A stretch of DNA of 64,000 bases from Gammaproteobacteria bacterium (GCA_965221695.1 OZ244905.1:2816001-2880000); one strand, 5' to 3'. Positions 30,289 through 39,953 are shown, numbered from the stretch's first letter. Program-made: numbers and translations. Notes: generated from the letters alone by a model not told the origin.

Positions 30289-31491
30289 ATGAAAGCAATC
30301 TGCATACCCTACGGCGGATACTGGAGCACGCCGTTTGCCAAGTGGCAGGGCAGTCTGGCCCACTTGCATAGCATTGAATTCGCCGCCCATGTGACCCGGC
30401 GCGCGCTCGCCGACTGGGAGCTGGACGGCAGCCAGTTCGATTATGGCGTACTGGGAATGACTATTCCGCAAAAAAGTTGTTTTTACGGCCTGCCCTGGTT
30501 GACTGCCATGGCCGGTATCGGCCATGTCGCGGGACCGACCGTGAGTCAAGCCTGTGCCACCAGCGCCCGGGTCATGGCGACCGCATCCCAGGAAATCCAG
30601 GCGGGACTGGCCGAATGCGTGCTGGCCGTCACTGCGGACCGGCTCTCCAACGGTCCGCACCTGTACTATCCGGACCCCCTGGGGCCCGGAGGCACGGGGC
30701 AGACCGAAGACTGGGTCATGAGCAATTTCAACCAGGACCCCTATGTGAAGTGTGATATGACCCGCACCGCGGAGAATTGCGCGACCAAATGGAATGTGTC
30801 CACTGCCGAGCAACACGAGGTCGCGTTGCGGCGCTATGAGCAGTACCAGCAGGCGTTGGAACTTAAGGATGGCATATCATTTCAACAGAGATATATGCTG
30901 GCGCCCCTTAATGTGCCGGATAAAAAGTATCGAAAGACCCACTCAATCCTGACGGGCGATGAAGGTGTTGTCGCAACCAGTGTCAAAAAGATGGCCCGGT
31001 TGGAGCCAGTACACAAAGGCGGCACCGTCACCTATGCCGGTCAGACCTACCCGGCTGATGGCAACGCCGGCATGATCATCGCCACGGCCGACAGCGCGCG
31101 CAGGTTGAGCAGCGATCCGGCAATCCGCATCAGCATCGTCGCGTTCGGCCAGGCCCGGGAAGAGCCGGCCTATATGCCGGCGGCGCCGATCCCGGCGAGC
31201 CGGCGCGCCCTGGATCTGGCGGGAATAACAATTCAAGACGTGAAGGCGGTAAAATCGCATAACCCGTTTGCGGTCAATGACATCATTTTTGCCAAAGAAA
31301 TGGGCATAGACGTAATGACCATGAACAATTACGGCTGTTCGCTGATCTGGGGACATCCACAGGGGCCGACCGGGATGCGCGCGGTGATAGAGCTGATCGA
31401 GGAACTCATACTTCTGGGCGGCGGTTACGGCCTGTTCCATGGTTGCGCAGCCGGGGACAGCGCCATGGCGCTTGTCGTGCGCGTGGATTGA
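30289..31491 (+). CDS. Thiolase family protein
   Basis: TPF..WQG, QACATS, HNPFA, WGHPQGPTG, GCAAGD. Confidence 0.9.
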   Translation: MKAICIPYGGYWSTPFAKWQGSLAHLHSIEFAAHVTRRALADWELDGSQFDYGVLGMTIPQKSCFYGLPWLTAMAGIGHVAGPTVSQACATSARVMATASQEIQAGLAECVLAVTADRLSNGPHLYYPDPLGPGGTGQTEDWVMSNFNQDPYVKCDMTRTAENCATKWNVSTAEQHEVALRRYEQYQQALELKDGISFQQRYMLAPLNVPDKKYRKTHSILTGDEGVVATSVKKMARLEPVHKGGTVTYAGQTYPADGNAGMIIATADSARRLSSDPAIRISIVAFGQAREEPAYMPAAPIPASRRALDLAGITIQDVKAVKSHNPFAVNDIIFAKEMGIDVMTMNNYGCSLIWGHPQGPTGMRAVIELIEELILLGGGYGLFHGCAAGDSAMALVVRVD

Positions 31492-31493
31492 CA

Positions 31494-33053
31494 ATGGAAG
31501 TCGGCCAGCCAACCCAGTCATTGCCCGTGACCTTTCCCACCGTCGTCCACGCGCTGGTGGACGCGGCCACGCGCAGGCCCGAGCAAGAGGCCCTGGCGTT
31601 GGGTTCGGAACGGCTCAACTATCAGGAGTACCTGCGCTGCGTGGTCGGCTTCAGTCGGGAGTTCCGGGGGCGCGGCTTGAGCGGATGTCGGATCGCGCTG
31701 TTGATGGGAAATTCCATTGATGTATGTATAGCAATGTACGCCATACATGCCGCGCAAGCTGAGGCCGTTCCGTTAAACCCGGTTTATACGACGCAAGAAT
31801 TGTTGCCCATGTTGGATGACGCCGGGGTATCCGCGCTGGTCTATGATGAGGCGCTTAATGATAGGGTCCAGGGACTCGCCGCTGAATTGCGCATTGAGCA
31901 TCTGTTTGCCATCGGCCGCGGCAACCGCCTGATCGCATGGCGCCAGCGCGCCAATCTGGACATGCCGGATGACTTGCCGGAGCCAGGCGATCCGGCCACC
32001 TTGCAGTTTACCGGGGGCACTACCGGCAGAGCCAAAGGCGCTTGTATCAGCCACCATTCCCTGTCCGTCAACCTGAGCCAGCGCGAGGCGATTTTTCCCA
32101 CCCGAGACGATGTGGAACGGATGTTGTGCATCATGCCGCTTTTTCATTGTTATGCGGTGTCCATGTGCCTGCATGCCATGGTATATCGGCGCGGCGCCCT
32201 GGTAATCCTGCCGCGTTATCATCCCACAGAGGTCGTTGCCGCCCTGGTCAACGAGAAGATCAGCGTGTTCGCCGGCAGCCCCACGGTTTTTACCGGACTG
32301 CTGAATTATCCGGACTTTGCCGGAGCCGATTTTTCCAGTTTGTATATCTCCTCTTCCGGGTCGGCGCCTCTGGCGGAAAACATCCTGAACAAATGGGAAA
32401 CGATCACCGGCACGCCGATACTCGAGGGTTACGGCCAGTCCGAGGCAGGCCCGGTCATATCTTTCAACCCGCTACATGGGATCAGGAAACCAACCTCGGT
32501 GGGTATCCCCGTGCCGCAAACACAAATCCAGATAGTTGATCTTGAGACCGGCGAGAAAGTTCTGGAAGCCGGACAAAAAGGCGAGATCCGGGTGGCCGGT
32601 CCCCAGGTTATGCGCGGTTACCGCAACCGTCCGGAAGAGACAGCCCAGGCATTGCGCAACGGTTGGTTGTACACCGGTGATATCGGCGAACTGGACGAGG
32701 ATGGCTACCTGTATATCCGCGGCAGGAAAAAAGAAATGCTGCTGGTATCGGGCTATAACGTTTTTCCCCGGGAAATCGAGGAAATCCTGCATCAGAATCC
32801 AAGTGTGAAAGAAGCGGCCGTGGTTGGCAGGACGGATACCTACCGCGGTGAGTTGCCCGTTGCGTTTATCGTCCCTGTTGCGGAGAGCAGCGCGGATGCG
32901 GAATCGTTGCAGGGATTTTGCAAGAAAAATCTGGCGCCCTACAAGATTCCGGCGGAGTTCCGCCTGTGTGAAACGTTGCCAAAAACCGTGGTAGGCAAGG
33001 TGGACAAAGTCGCCCTGACACAGATGGCAAACGGCGCAACAGGCAACGGGTAA
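31494..33053 (+). CDS. Acyl-CoA ligase (AMP-forming)
   Basis: FTGGTTG..KG, EGYGQSE, GWLYTGD, LAPYKIP, LPKT.VGK. Confidence 0.9.
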   Translation: MEVGQPTQSLPVTFPTVVHALVDAATRRPEQEALALGSERLNYQEYLRCVVGFSREFRGRGLSGCRIALLMGNSIDVCIAMYAIHAAQAEAVPLNPVYTTQELLPMLDDAGVSALVYDEALNDRVQGLAAELRIEHLFAIGRGNRLIAWRQRANLDMPDDLPEPGDPATLQFTGGTTGRAKGACISHHSLSVNLSQREAIFPTRDDVERMLCIMPLFHCYAVSMCLHAMVYRRGALVILPRYHPTEVVAALVNEKISVFAGSPTVFTGLLNYPDFAGADFSSLYISSSGSAPLAENILNKWETITGTPILEGYGQSEAGPVISFNPLHGIRKPTSVGIPVPQTQIQIVDLETGEKVLEAGQKGEIRVAGPQVMRGYRNRPEETAQALRNGWLYTGDIGELDEDGYLYIRGRKKEMLLVSGYNVFPREIEEILHQNPSVKEAAVVGRTDTYRGELPVAFIVPVAESSADAESLQGFCKKNLAPYKIPAEFRLCETLPKTVVGKVDKVALTQMANGATGNG

Positions 33054-33071
33054 CAAAACGTGCGGGGCTAT

Positions 33072-33314
33072 GGCCCGGATTTCTCACCAGGCGATGCGAT
33101 GATTGCGCCGGATTTTTTGCGCCTGCAGGCGCCTGCGACCGATAGCATAGCCGTAGCTCTGGTTGAGGGAGCACGTGCCCGCAGGCGCAAAAAAGACAAG
33201 CAAGGGCGCATCGAGCGCAGTATGTAATGTTGAGATCGCGACCATACTAAAATGACTCATTGACAGCACATATGTTTCAGTTAGCAACGAGCGGCCTGGT
33301 GAGAAATCCGGGCT
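33072..33314. mobile_element. MITE-like element copy 2 (divergent member, same 243-bp length)
   Basis: Perfect 19-bp TIR GCCCGGATTTCTCACCAGG / CCTGGTGAGAAATCCGGGC; shares internal blocks (GATTTTTTGCG, CTGGTTGAGGGA, CGCAAAAAAGAC, ACTCATTGACAGCA) with copies 1 and 3. Confidence 0.82.
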
Positions 33315-33349
33315 ATAATAATCCCGTGTTGATCCAGGGCGCCCGGGAA

Positions 33350-35389
33350 ATGCCGCGCAGGATCGGCATTGTCGGCGCCGGGACCATCGGCCCGGATATC
33401 GGTTATTACCTGAAAAGCGCCATCCCTGGCTTGAACCTTGTCTTGATAGATATCAGCCGGGACGCCTTGGACCGGGCCGTGGACAGAATCCATGCCTATG
33501 CGGACAAGGGCGTGGCCAGGGGAAAGCTGACTTCCGAGCAGGCAGAGGATGCGCGCCGGCACATCAGCGCTTCTGTGGACTACGACGACCTGACAGGATG
33601 CGATTGGGTCATTGAGGCCGCCACGGAAAATCTCGAACTGAAGAAACAGATATTCTCCACAGCGGAAGCCGTTATCGACAGGGAAAGCCTGATTACTTCC
33701 AACACCAGTTCCATCCCGGCCAACTTATTGTTTTCGCACCTGCGCTACCCCGATAGGACTACCGTTACCCATTTTTTTGCGCCGGCCTTCCGCAACCCGG
33801 TTGTGGAAGTGGTCGACTGGGAAAAAGCCGACCCGGGCCTGCTGCAACTATTACGTTGGCTGTTTTACATGACCGGCAAGACGCCAATCGTCACCCGCGA
33901 TGTGGTCTGTTTCATGCTCGACCGGATCTTTGACAACTGGTGCAACGAAGCCGGATTACTGCTCGGCCGGGCTACTCCGGCGCAGGTGGATAGCGTGGCC
34001 TGCGCTTATGTGCAGGCCGGGCCGTTCTTCGTGCTGAACATGTCCAACGGCAACCCGATCATCATTGAGACAAACTCCCTGCAGGCCGAATTCGAAGGCG
34101 CGCATTATCTGCCGGCAGACATCTTCCGGGAAGCGGAAGACAGAAAACGGGTGGCGCCGAACAACGCCTCGACTCACAGCGCGGAAGAAAAATGGGATGA
34201 ATCCGGAAACTGGTTGACCATCAACCCCGGGGAAACAGCGGACGCGCCGGAGCCGGTGGCGGCGGAAATCCGCGATCGTTTGCTGGGCGTTCTATTCTCC
34301 CAGAGTGTGGACATACTGGACCGGGACATCGGCGTCGCCGCGGATCTGGAACTGGGTTGCCGGCTTGCTTTTGCCTTTAGGAAAGGTCCGTTGGAACTGA
34401 TGCGAGACCTGGGCGAGGATGAAACCCGGCGCGTGCTGACCACATTCACCCGCGCCAGGCCCGGCATGCCCGCGCCGCAACAGCCGCTGCGCGCCTATCA
34501 GAGGTTTCGCCGTTTTATCCTTGTGGATGAGTTGGAAGAGGTAAAGATTATCAGTTTGCGCCGTCCGGAAGCCTTGAACGCGCTGCACGAAGAGATGACC
34601 GACGAGATCCTGGACCTGATCAATGAATACGAGGATGATCCGGGAGTCGCTGGTTTCATCATTACCGGCTACGGCGTCTCGGCTTTTTGCGCGGGCGCGG
34701 ATATCGGCAGGTTTCCTGCCATGCTCGGGGACTCGCAACGCAGCGCCGAGTATGCGCGTGCGTGTTCCCGCTTGCTCGTCTGCCTCGACAACTGCAGCAA
34801 GCCGGTGGTGGCAGCATTGAACGGCATGGCGCTGGGCGGCGGTCTGGAACTGGCCGTGCGTTGCCACGGGATGGTTGCCACGAACAATACCTGGTTGCAG
34901 TTCCCGGAAATCACTCTCGGCATCGCGCCCGGCCTTGGCGCTATGGTCGTTCCCTACCGGCGTTGGCCGGCCGCCGCGCAAGCGTTTCATGGTATGTTGC
35001 TAAAGGCGGAGAAGATGGGCGCGTCTGACGCGCGCCGGCTGGGAATTATCGATGAATTGGCAGGGGATCATTCCGACCTGATTCCGGCCGCAATGCGCCG
35101 GGTGCGGGAACTGGCGCGGCAACGCCACATGCTGCCCGGCAGTCCTGTGAGTATTGCCGAGCCTGCCGCGTCGGATGAGCCGCCTCACAGCGTCGATGGC
35201 GCCGCCCTGAGCCACGCTGTGACGACGATTATTCGCCGCGCGATCATGGATGCCGCCGCCGCTCCCTCGCTTGACGCCGCCCTGGAAACAGGTTACCGCG
35301 CATTCGGCGCCAGCGCTTGCACGGCAGCAGCCAGAGAGGGGATCGGCGCGTTCGTTGAAAAAAGAACGCCCGACTTTACCGGGCTCTGA
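33350..35389 (+). CDS. 3-hydroxyacyl-CoA dehydrogenase / enoyl-CoA hydratase fusion (HAD N-terminal, ECH C-terminal)
   Basis: GAGTIG Rossmann motif, VIEAA.E, SNTSS, HFF.PA; then AFCAGADI, ALGGGLELA, FPEI.LG; start uncertain because MITE copy 2 abuts it. Confidence 0.88.
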   Translation: MPRRIGIVGAGTIGPDIGYYLKSAIPGLNLVLIDISRDALDRAVDRIHAYADKGVARGKLTSEQAEDARRHISASVDYDDLTGCDWVIEAATENLELKKQIFSTAEAVIDRESLITSNTSSIPANLLFSHLRYPDRTTVTHFFAPAFRNPVVEVVDWEKADPGLLQLLRWLFYMTGKTPIVTRDVVCFMLDRIFDNWCNEAGLLLGRATPAQVDSVACAYVQAGPFFVLNMSNGNPIIIETNSLQAEFEGAHYLPADIFREAEDRKRVAPNNASTHSAEEKWDESGNWLTINPGETADAPEPVAAEIRDRLLGVLFSQSVDILDRDIGVAADLELGCRLAFAFRKGPLELMRDLGEDETRRVLTTFTRARPGMPAPQQPLRAYQRFRRFILVDELEEVKIISLRRPEALNALHEEMTDEILDLINEYEDDPGVAGFIITGYGVSAFCAGADIGRFPAMLGDSQRSAEYARACSRLLVCLDNCSKPVVAALNGMALGGGLELAVRCHGMVATNNTWLQFPEITLGIAPGLGAMVVPYRRWPAAAQAFHGMLLKAEKMGASDARRLGIIDELAGDHSDLIPAAMRRVRELARQRHMLPGSPVSIAEPAASDEPPHSVDGAALSHAVTTIIRRAIMDAAAAPSLDAALETGYRAFGASACTAAAREGIGAFVEKRTPDFTGL

Positions 35390-35418
35390 TTACAGGGCAA
35401 AACCGTATGGAGAGACAC

Positions 35419-35781
35419 ATGCAAAACAATCAGGAAAATACCAACCCGGAAGTCTATCACCACCAGGCGGACAACCTGCCGGCCCATAGTTCCCATGACG
35501 ACGATATCCTGTCGGAGGAGAAAGTCAATGCCTACTGGAACGCCAATCTTCGTCTGTTGCTGATATTGTTGGCGATCTGGTTCACCGTCTCCTACGGTTT
35601 CGGCATACTGCTGGTCGACTGGTTGAACCGCTTCAGCCTGTTCGGCTTCCGGCTGGGCTTCTGGTGGGCGCAACAAGGGTCGATATATACATTTGTGATC
35701 CTCATTTTCGTCTACGTGGCGCTGATCGGCAGGATCGACCGCAGGTTCGGCGTGGATGACGATGACACCCAGGGAGACTAA
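35419..35781 (+). CDS. DUF4212 small membrane protein (solute symporter partner)
   Basis: AYW.AN..L...LL.IWF.VS, LGFW.AQQGSI..F. Confidence 0.88.
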   Translation: MQNNQENTNPEVYHHQADNLPAHSSHDDDILSEEKVNAYWNANLRLLLILLAIWFTVSYGFGILLVDWLNRFSLFGFRLGFWWAQQGSIYTFVILIFVYVALIGRIDRRFGVDDDDTQGD

Positions 35782-35783
35782 CA

Positions 35784-37556
35784 GTGACGCCCCAGATGCT
35801 GATCTATATCGTAGTCGCTTTTACGTTTGCCCTGTATATCGGGATTGCCATCTGGTCGAAAGCCGCGTCAACCAGGGATTTCTACGTCGCCGGCGCAGGG
35901 GTGCATCCGCTGACCAACGGTATGGCGACTGCGGCGGATTGGATGAGCGCCGGTTCGTTCATTTCCATTGCCGGCATGATCGCCTTCTCGGGTTACGACG
36001 GTTCGGTGTACCTGATGGGCTGGACCGGTGGCTATGTCCTGCTTGCGCTGTTGCTGGCTCCGTACCTGCGCAAGTTCGGCCAGTACACCGTGCCGGATTT
36101 CATCGGTGAACGCTATTATTCCAGTTCAGCCCGCGTGGTGGCCGTGATCTGCCTGGTATTCATCTGCTTTACCTATGTTGCCGGCCAGATGCGCGGGGTA
36201 GGGGTGGTGTTCTCCCGTTTTCTGGAAGTGGAGATCACGACCGGCGTGATCATCGGTATGGCGGTGGTCTTCTTCTATGCGGTGTTGGGCGGAATGAAAG
36301 GCATCACCTATACCCAGGTCGCGCAGTATTGCGTGATGATTTTTGCGTACATGGCGCCGGCGATCTTTGTCTCGTTGCTGGTCACCGGCAACCCGGTGCC
36401 GCAACTGGGCCTGTCCTCCGAAGTGCTGGACGGATCCGGCCTCAGGGTGTTGGAAAAACTGGACCAGGTGCTGGTGGAGCTGGGCTTTGCCCCCTACACG
36501 GAGGGCAGCAAAAGCGCCATCGATGTATTTGCGATTACCCTGGTGCTCATGGCCGGCACAGCCGGATTACCCCATGTTATCGTGCGTTTTTTCACCGTAC
36601 CCAAGGTGTCCGATGCGCGCAAGTCCGCGGGTTATGCCCTGGTCTTCATTGCGCTGCTATACACGACCGCGCCGGCTCTCGCGGCGTTCTCGCGACTGAA
36701 CTTCATTGATACGGTGAACAATACAAGCTACCAGGAGGCGCCGTCTTGGGTGAAGACCTGGGAAGATATCGGCCTGGTTGCCTGGCTCGATAAAAACGGG
36801 GACGGCAGGATTCAGTATGCCGCCGGCGATGCTTTCGAGGGCGCGCCGGTGTTTATCGAAGGGCAGGGAGAGCATGGGCAGAAACTGGTGGACAACGCGC
36901 CGCTGGACAATGTCAACGAGGTTTATGTGGACCGCGATATCATCATGCTGGCCAGCCCCGAAATTGCGGCATTGCCGCCCTGGGTGCTGGCGCTGGTCGC
37001 AGCCGGCGCGCTGGCCGCGGCGTTGTCCACCGCGGCCGGCCTGCTGCTGGTGGTGTCGGCATCCGTATCCCATGACCTGCTCAAGAAAACCCTGATGCCG
37101 GCTATCAGCGAAAAACAGGAATTGTTCTATGCCCGTACTGCGGCCGCGCTGGCCATCTGTTGTGCCGGCTACCTGGGCATCAATCCGCCGGGTTTCGTCG
37201 CCCAGGTGATCGCGTTCGCATTCGGACTTGCCGCCGCATCCCTGTTCCCGGCCATTTTCCTCGGCATTTTTGTGCGCAATATGAACCGGGAGGGCGCGAT
37301 TGCCGGTATGTTGAGCGGCCTGCTGTTCACTTCGGCGTACATCGTATACTTCAAGTTCATCAACCCCGCGGCCAGCCATCCGGATAACTGGTGGTTCGGC
37401 ATCTCGCCGGAGGGCATAGGCTGCCTGGGAATGGCGATCAACTTCGCCGTCGCGTTGGCGGTGAGCCGCTTCAGCGCCCCGCCGCCGGAGCAGGTCAAAG
37501 CCCTGGTCGACGATGTGCGTATTCCCAGCGGCGCCGGGGTTGCGCATAAACATTAA
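35784..37556 (+). CDS. Sodium:solute symporter (ActP-related monocarboxylate type)
   Basis: NGMATAADWMSA, LAPYLRKFG.YTVPDF, GTAGLPHVIVRFFTVP. Confidence 0.9.
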   Translation: MTPQMLIYIVVAFTFALYIGIAIWSKAASTRDFYVAGAGVHPLTNGMATAADWMSAGSFISIAGMIAFSGYDGSVYLMGWTGGYVLLALLLAPYLRKFGQYTVPDFIGERYYSSSARVVAVICLVFICFTYVAGQMRGVGVVFSRFLEVEITTGVIIGMAVVFFYAVLGGMKGITYTQVAQYCVMIFAYMAPAIFVSLLVTGNPVPQLGLSSEVLDGSGLRVLEKLDQVLVELGFAPYTEGSKSAIDVFAITLVLMAGTAGLPHVIVRFFTVPKVSDARKSAGYALVFIALLYTTAPALAAFSRLNFIDTVNNTSYQEAPSWVKTWEDIGLVAWLDKNGDGRIQYAAGDAFEGAPVFIEGQGEHGQKLVDNAPLDNVNEVYVDRDIIMLASPEIAALPPWVLALVAAGALAAALSTAAGLLLVVSASVSHDLLKKTLMPAISEKQELFYARTAAALAICCAGYLGINPPGFVAQVIAFAFGLAAASLFPAIFLGIFVRNMNREGAIAGMLSGLLFTSAYIVYFKFINPAASHPDNWWFGISPEGIGCLGMAINFAVALAVSRFSAPPPEQVKALVDDVRIPSGAGVAHKH

Positions 37557-37588
37557 CACGGCATTGTCTCCTTTGTGGAAATAAAATA

Positions 37589-38512
37589 ATGCGCGCATTG
37601 ACGAACAGGTTCACCGTTGCCGCGTTGTATAAGTTCGTGCGCTTGCCGGATTTTCGCGAGTTGAAGCAGCCGTTGCTGGAACGCTGCCGGGCGCTGGAGC
37701 TGAAGGGAACCTTCCTGCTGGCTCCCGAAGGCATCAACGGCGCCGTAGCCGGCAGCAAGGAAGGTATTGCCGGCATCCTGGATTACCTGCGTTCAGATTC
37801 CCGTTTTACCGACCTGACGCATAAGAAGTCGCGCGCTGCCAGGATTCCTTTTCACCGCATGAAGGTCAAGCTCAAGCAGGAAATTGTCTCGCTGGGTATC
37901 GCGGGTGTTGACCCGATACAACGCCAGGGCAGGCATGTGGAACCGGAAGACTGGAATGCGGAGGTCTCCCGTCCTGACACATTGGTTCTCGACGTTCGCA
38001 ACGACTATGAAACCGATATTGGTAGTTTTAAAAATGCGAAAAAACCGAATACCGGGACGTTTCGTGAGTTTCCGGATTACGTCAAAAAAAACCTCGACCC
38101 GGCGCAACACCCCCGTATCGCGATGTACTGCACCGGCGGGATTCGCTGCGAAAAAGCCTCCTCGTACCTGCTCTCGCAGGGGTTTACAGAAGTCGTGCAG
38201 TTACAAGGAGGCATTCTCAACTACCTGGAAAAAGTTGACCACGATAACAGCCGCTGGGAGGGAGAGTGTTTTGTCTTTGACAGCCGGGTTGCGGTCGATC
38301 ATGAGCTTGCGGAAGGGGATTATGAACAGTGTTACGCCTGCCGCCGGCCGCTGAACCAGGATGACATGGCCTCGGAAAAATACCAGCCCGGGGTATCTTG
38401 CCCCCGTTGTTTCGATGCTTTGACGCCGGAACAACGGCAGCGCTTCGGCGAGCGCCGGCGCCAGGTCGAGTTGGCGGAGAGTCGCGGCGAGCAGCATATC
38501 GGCACAGCCTGA
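37589..38512 (+). CDS. trhO: tRNA uridine(34) hydroxylase, rhodanese domain
   Basis: ALYKFV, LLA.EGING, DVRNDYE..IG.F, MYCTGGIRCEKAS, GECFVFD.RV. Confidence 0.9.
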   Translation: MRALTNRFTVAALYKFVRLPDFRELKQPLLERCRALELKGTFLLAPEGINGAVAGSKEGIAGILDYLRSDSRFTDLTHKKSRAARIPFHRMKVKLKQEIVSLGIAGVDPIQRQGRHVEPEDWNAEVSRPDTLVLDVRNDYETDIGSFKNAKKPNTGTFREFPDYVKKNLDPAQHPRIAMYCTGGIRCEKASSYLLSQGFTEVVQLQGGILNYLEKVDHDNSRWEGECFVFDSRVAVDHELAEGDYEQCYACRRPLNQDDMASEKYQPGVSCPRCFDALTPEQRQRFGERRRQVELAESRGEQHIGTA

Positions 38513-38543
38513 CGGGATCCCCGTCGTTCAACGTGGCGCGCGC

Positions 38544-39605
38544 GTGGTGAACCGAATATCAGCACAGCCCGGCGAAAACCCGCAGATTTTCCCCGCGCGC
38601 CTGGCGCGCCTCTATGACCATGTGAACCATGGCGATTTCTCCGACTGGATTGACGCCATCAATAACCTGCCTGAAATCAGCCCGTCGGCCATCAGCCTTG
38701 ATGCGGATACCGTTCGTATAGGCGCCGCGACCGATTGCAGCGTATCCCAACGGGAAACCATGCGCCGGCAACTGCGGCGCTTGCTGCCCTGGCGCAAAGG
38801 TCCGTTCAACCTGTTTGGCGTGAACATCGACGCAGAATGGCGCGCCGACATGAAATGGCGCCGTTTGCAAGACAGTATTGCCCCATTGTCCGGACGTACC
38901 ATCCTGGATGTGGGCTGCGGCAACGGCTATTACGGCTGGCGTATGCTGGGGGCCGGCGCTAAGCGGGTGGTGGGAACCGACCCGACTCTGCGTTATGTCA
39001 TGCAACAGCGCGCCGTCGCAAAATACCTGCCGGATGCTTCGTTCGATATATTGCCGTTCACGCTGGAGGCGCTGGCAGAGACTGTAAACGGTTCCATCCC
39101 GGCAGGAACAGGCTTGCGCTCCCATGCTGCGCGCGCCTCTCTTCCTGCAAAGCAGGCGCTCGCACCTTACCTGCAACAACTCGGAATCAGACGAGCAGGC
39201 TTCGACACGGTTTTCTCCATGGGTGTGATCTATCATCGGCGCGACCCCGCAGAGCATATCCATGACCTGCTGAGCTTCTTGCGCCCCGGCGGCGAATTGG
39301 TACTGGAATCGTTGATCATCGATGAGAAGCATGGCGATGTGCTGAAACCCCGGGGTCGCTATGCCAGGATGAGGAACATCTGGGCCATCCCTTCCATCGC
39401 CAAGCTCAAAAGCTGGTTGTCCGACGCCGGCCTCAGATCCATCAAGGTCGCGGATGTGTCTGTCACAACACCAACCGAACAACGGGTCACCGACTGGACC
39501 TTCGAGCAATCCCTGTCAGACTTCCTGGACCCGGAAAACCCCCGCCTCACCATTGAAGGCTACCCGGCCCCGCAGCGCGCGATCGTGATTGGCGCAAAAT
39601 CCTGA
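38544..39605 (+). CDS. cmoB: tRNA U34 carboxymethyltransferase with an in-frame insertion
   Basis: L.PWRKGPF, ID.EWR.D.KW, LDVGCGNGY, FDTVFSMGV.YHRR, RYA.MRN, T.EGYPAP.RA; extra ~37 aa within 39075-39200. Confidence 0.93.
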   Translation: MVNRISAQPGENPQIFPARLARLYDHVNHGDFSDWIDAINNLPEISPSAISLDADTVRIGAATDCSVSQRETMRRQLRRLLPWRKGPFNLFGVNIDAEWRADMKWRRLQDSIAPLSGRTILDVGCGNGYYGWRMLGAGAKRVVGTDPTLRYVMQQRAVAKYLPDASFDILPFTLEALAETVNGSIPAGTGLRSHAARASLPAKQALAPYLQQLGIRRAGFDTVFSMGVIYHRRDPAEHIHDLLSFLRPGGELVLESLIIDEKHGDVLKPRGRYARMRNIWAIPSIAKLKSWLSDAGLRSIKVADVSVTTPTEQRVTDWTFEQSLSDFLDPENPRLTIEGYPAPQRAIVIGAKS

Positions 39606-39665
39606 TTGAGATAAAGTCTCAAAGGAACTCTGACCAAATCAAGAACTCCGACGATGTGAAACAGT

Positions 39666-39693
39666 TTGCAATAAGTATCAATAGTGATATTAT
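39666..39693 (+). promoter_or_regulatory. hicAB promoter with palindromic operator
   Basis: TTGCAA-16bp-TATTAT, overlapping palindrome TATCA-ATAG-TGATA; ATG 5 nt downstream with no SD. Confidence 0.55.
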
Positions 39694-39698
39694 AAACT

Positions 39699-39953
39699 AT
39701 GGATGGCATTGAAAAAATAGTGGGACTAATGAGAGAGAATCCCAACGGGGTTCGGTTTAGTGAATTGCAGAATGTATGCGTCCACTATTTTGGCAAGCCG
39801 CGACAAAGTAAAGGCAGCCATTGTGTTTATAAAACCCCTTGGCCGGGCGACCCCAGAGTGAACATACAAAATCACAAAGGCAGGGCTAAACCTTACCAGG
39901 TCAGACAAGTGTTACGCGCAATTGAGAAATTGGAGACAAATCGTGAAGTCTGA
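39699..39953 (+). CDS. hicA: HicA-family toxin
   Basis: NP.GVRF.EL..VC..YFG.PRQ.KGSH.VYKTPW.GDPRVNIQ...AKPYQVRQV. Confidence 0.88.
   Translation: MDGIEKIVGLMRENPNGVRFSELQNVCVHYFGKPRQSKGSHCVYKTPWPGDPRVNIQNHKGRAKPYQVRQVLRAIEKLETNREV

Noticed and set aside
39075-39200. cmoB insertion as an intein or intron
   Set aside because: Too short, lacks C/S...HN intein termini and group I/II intron features
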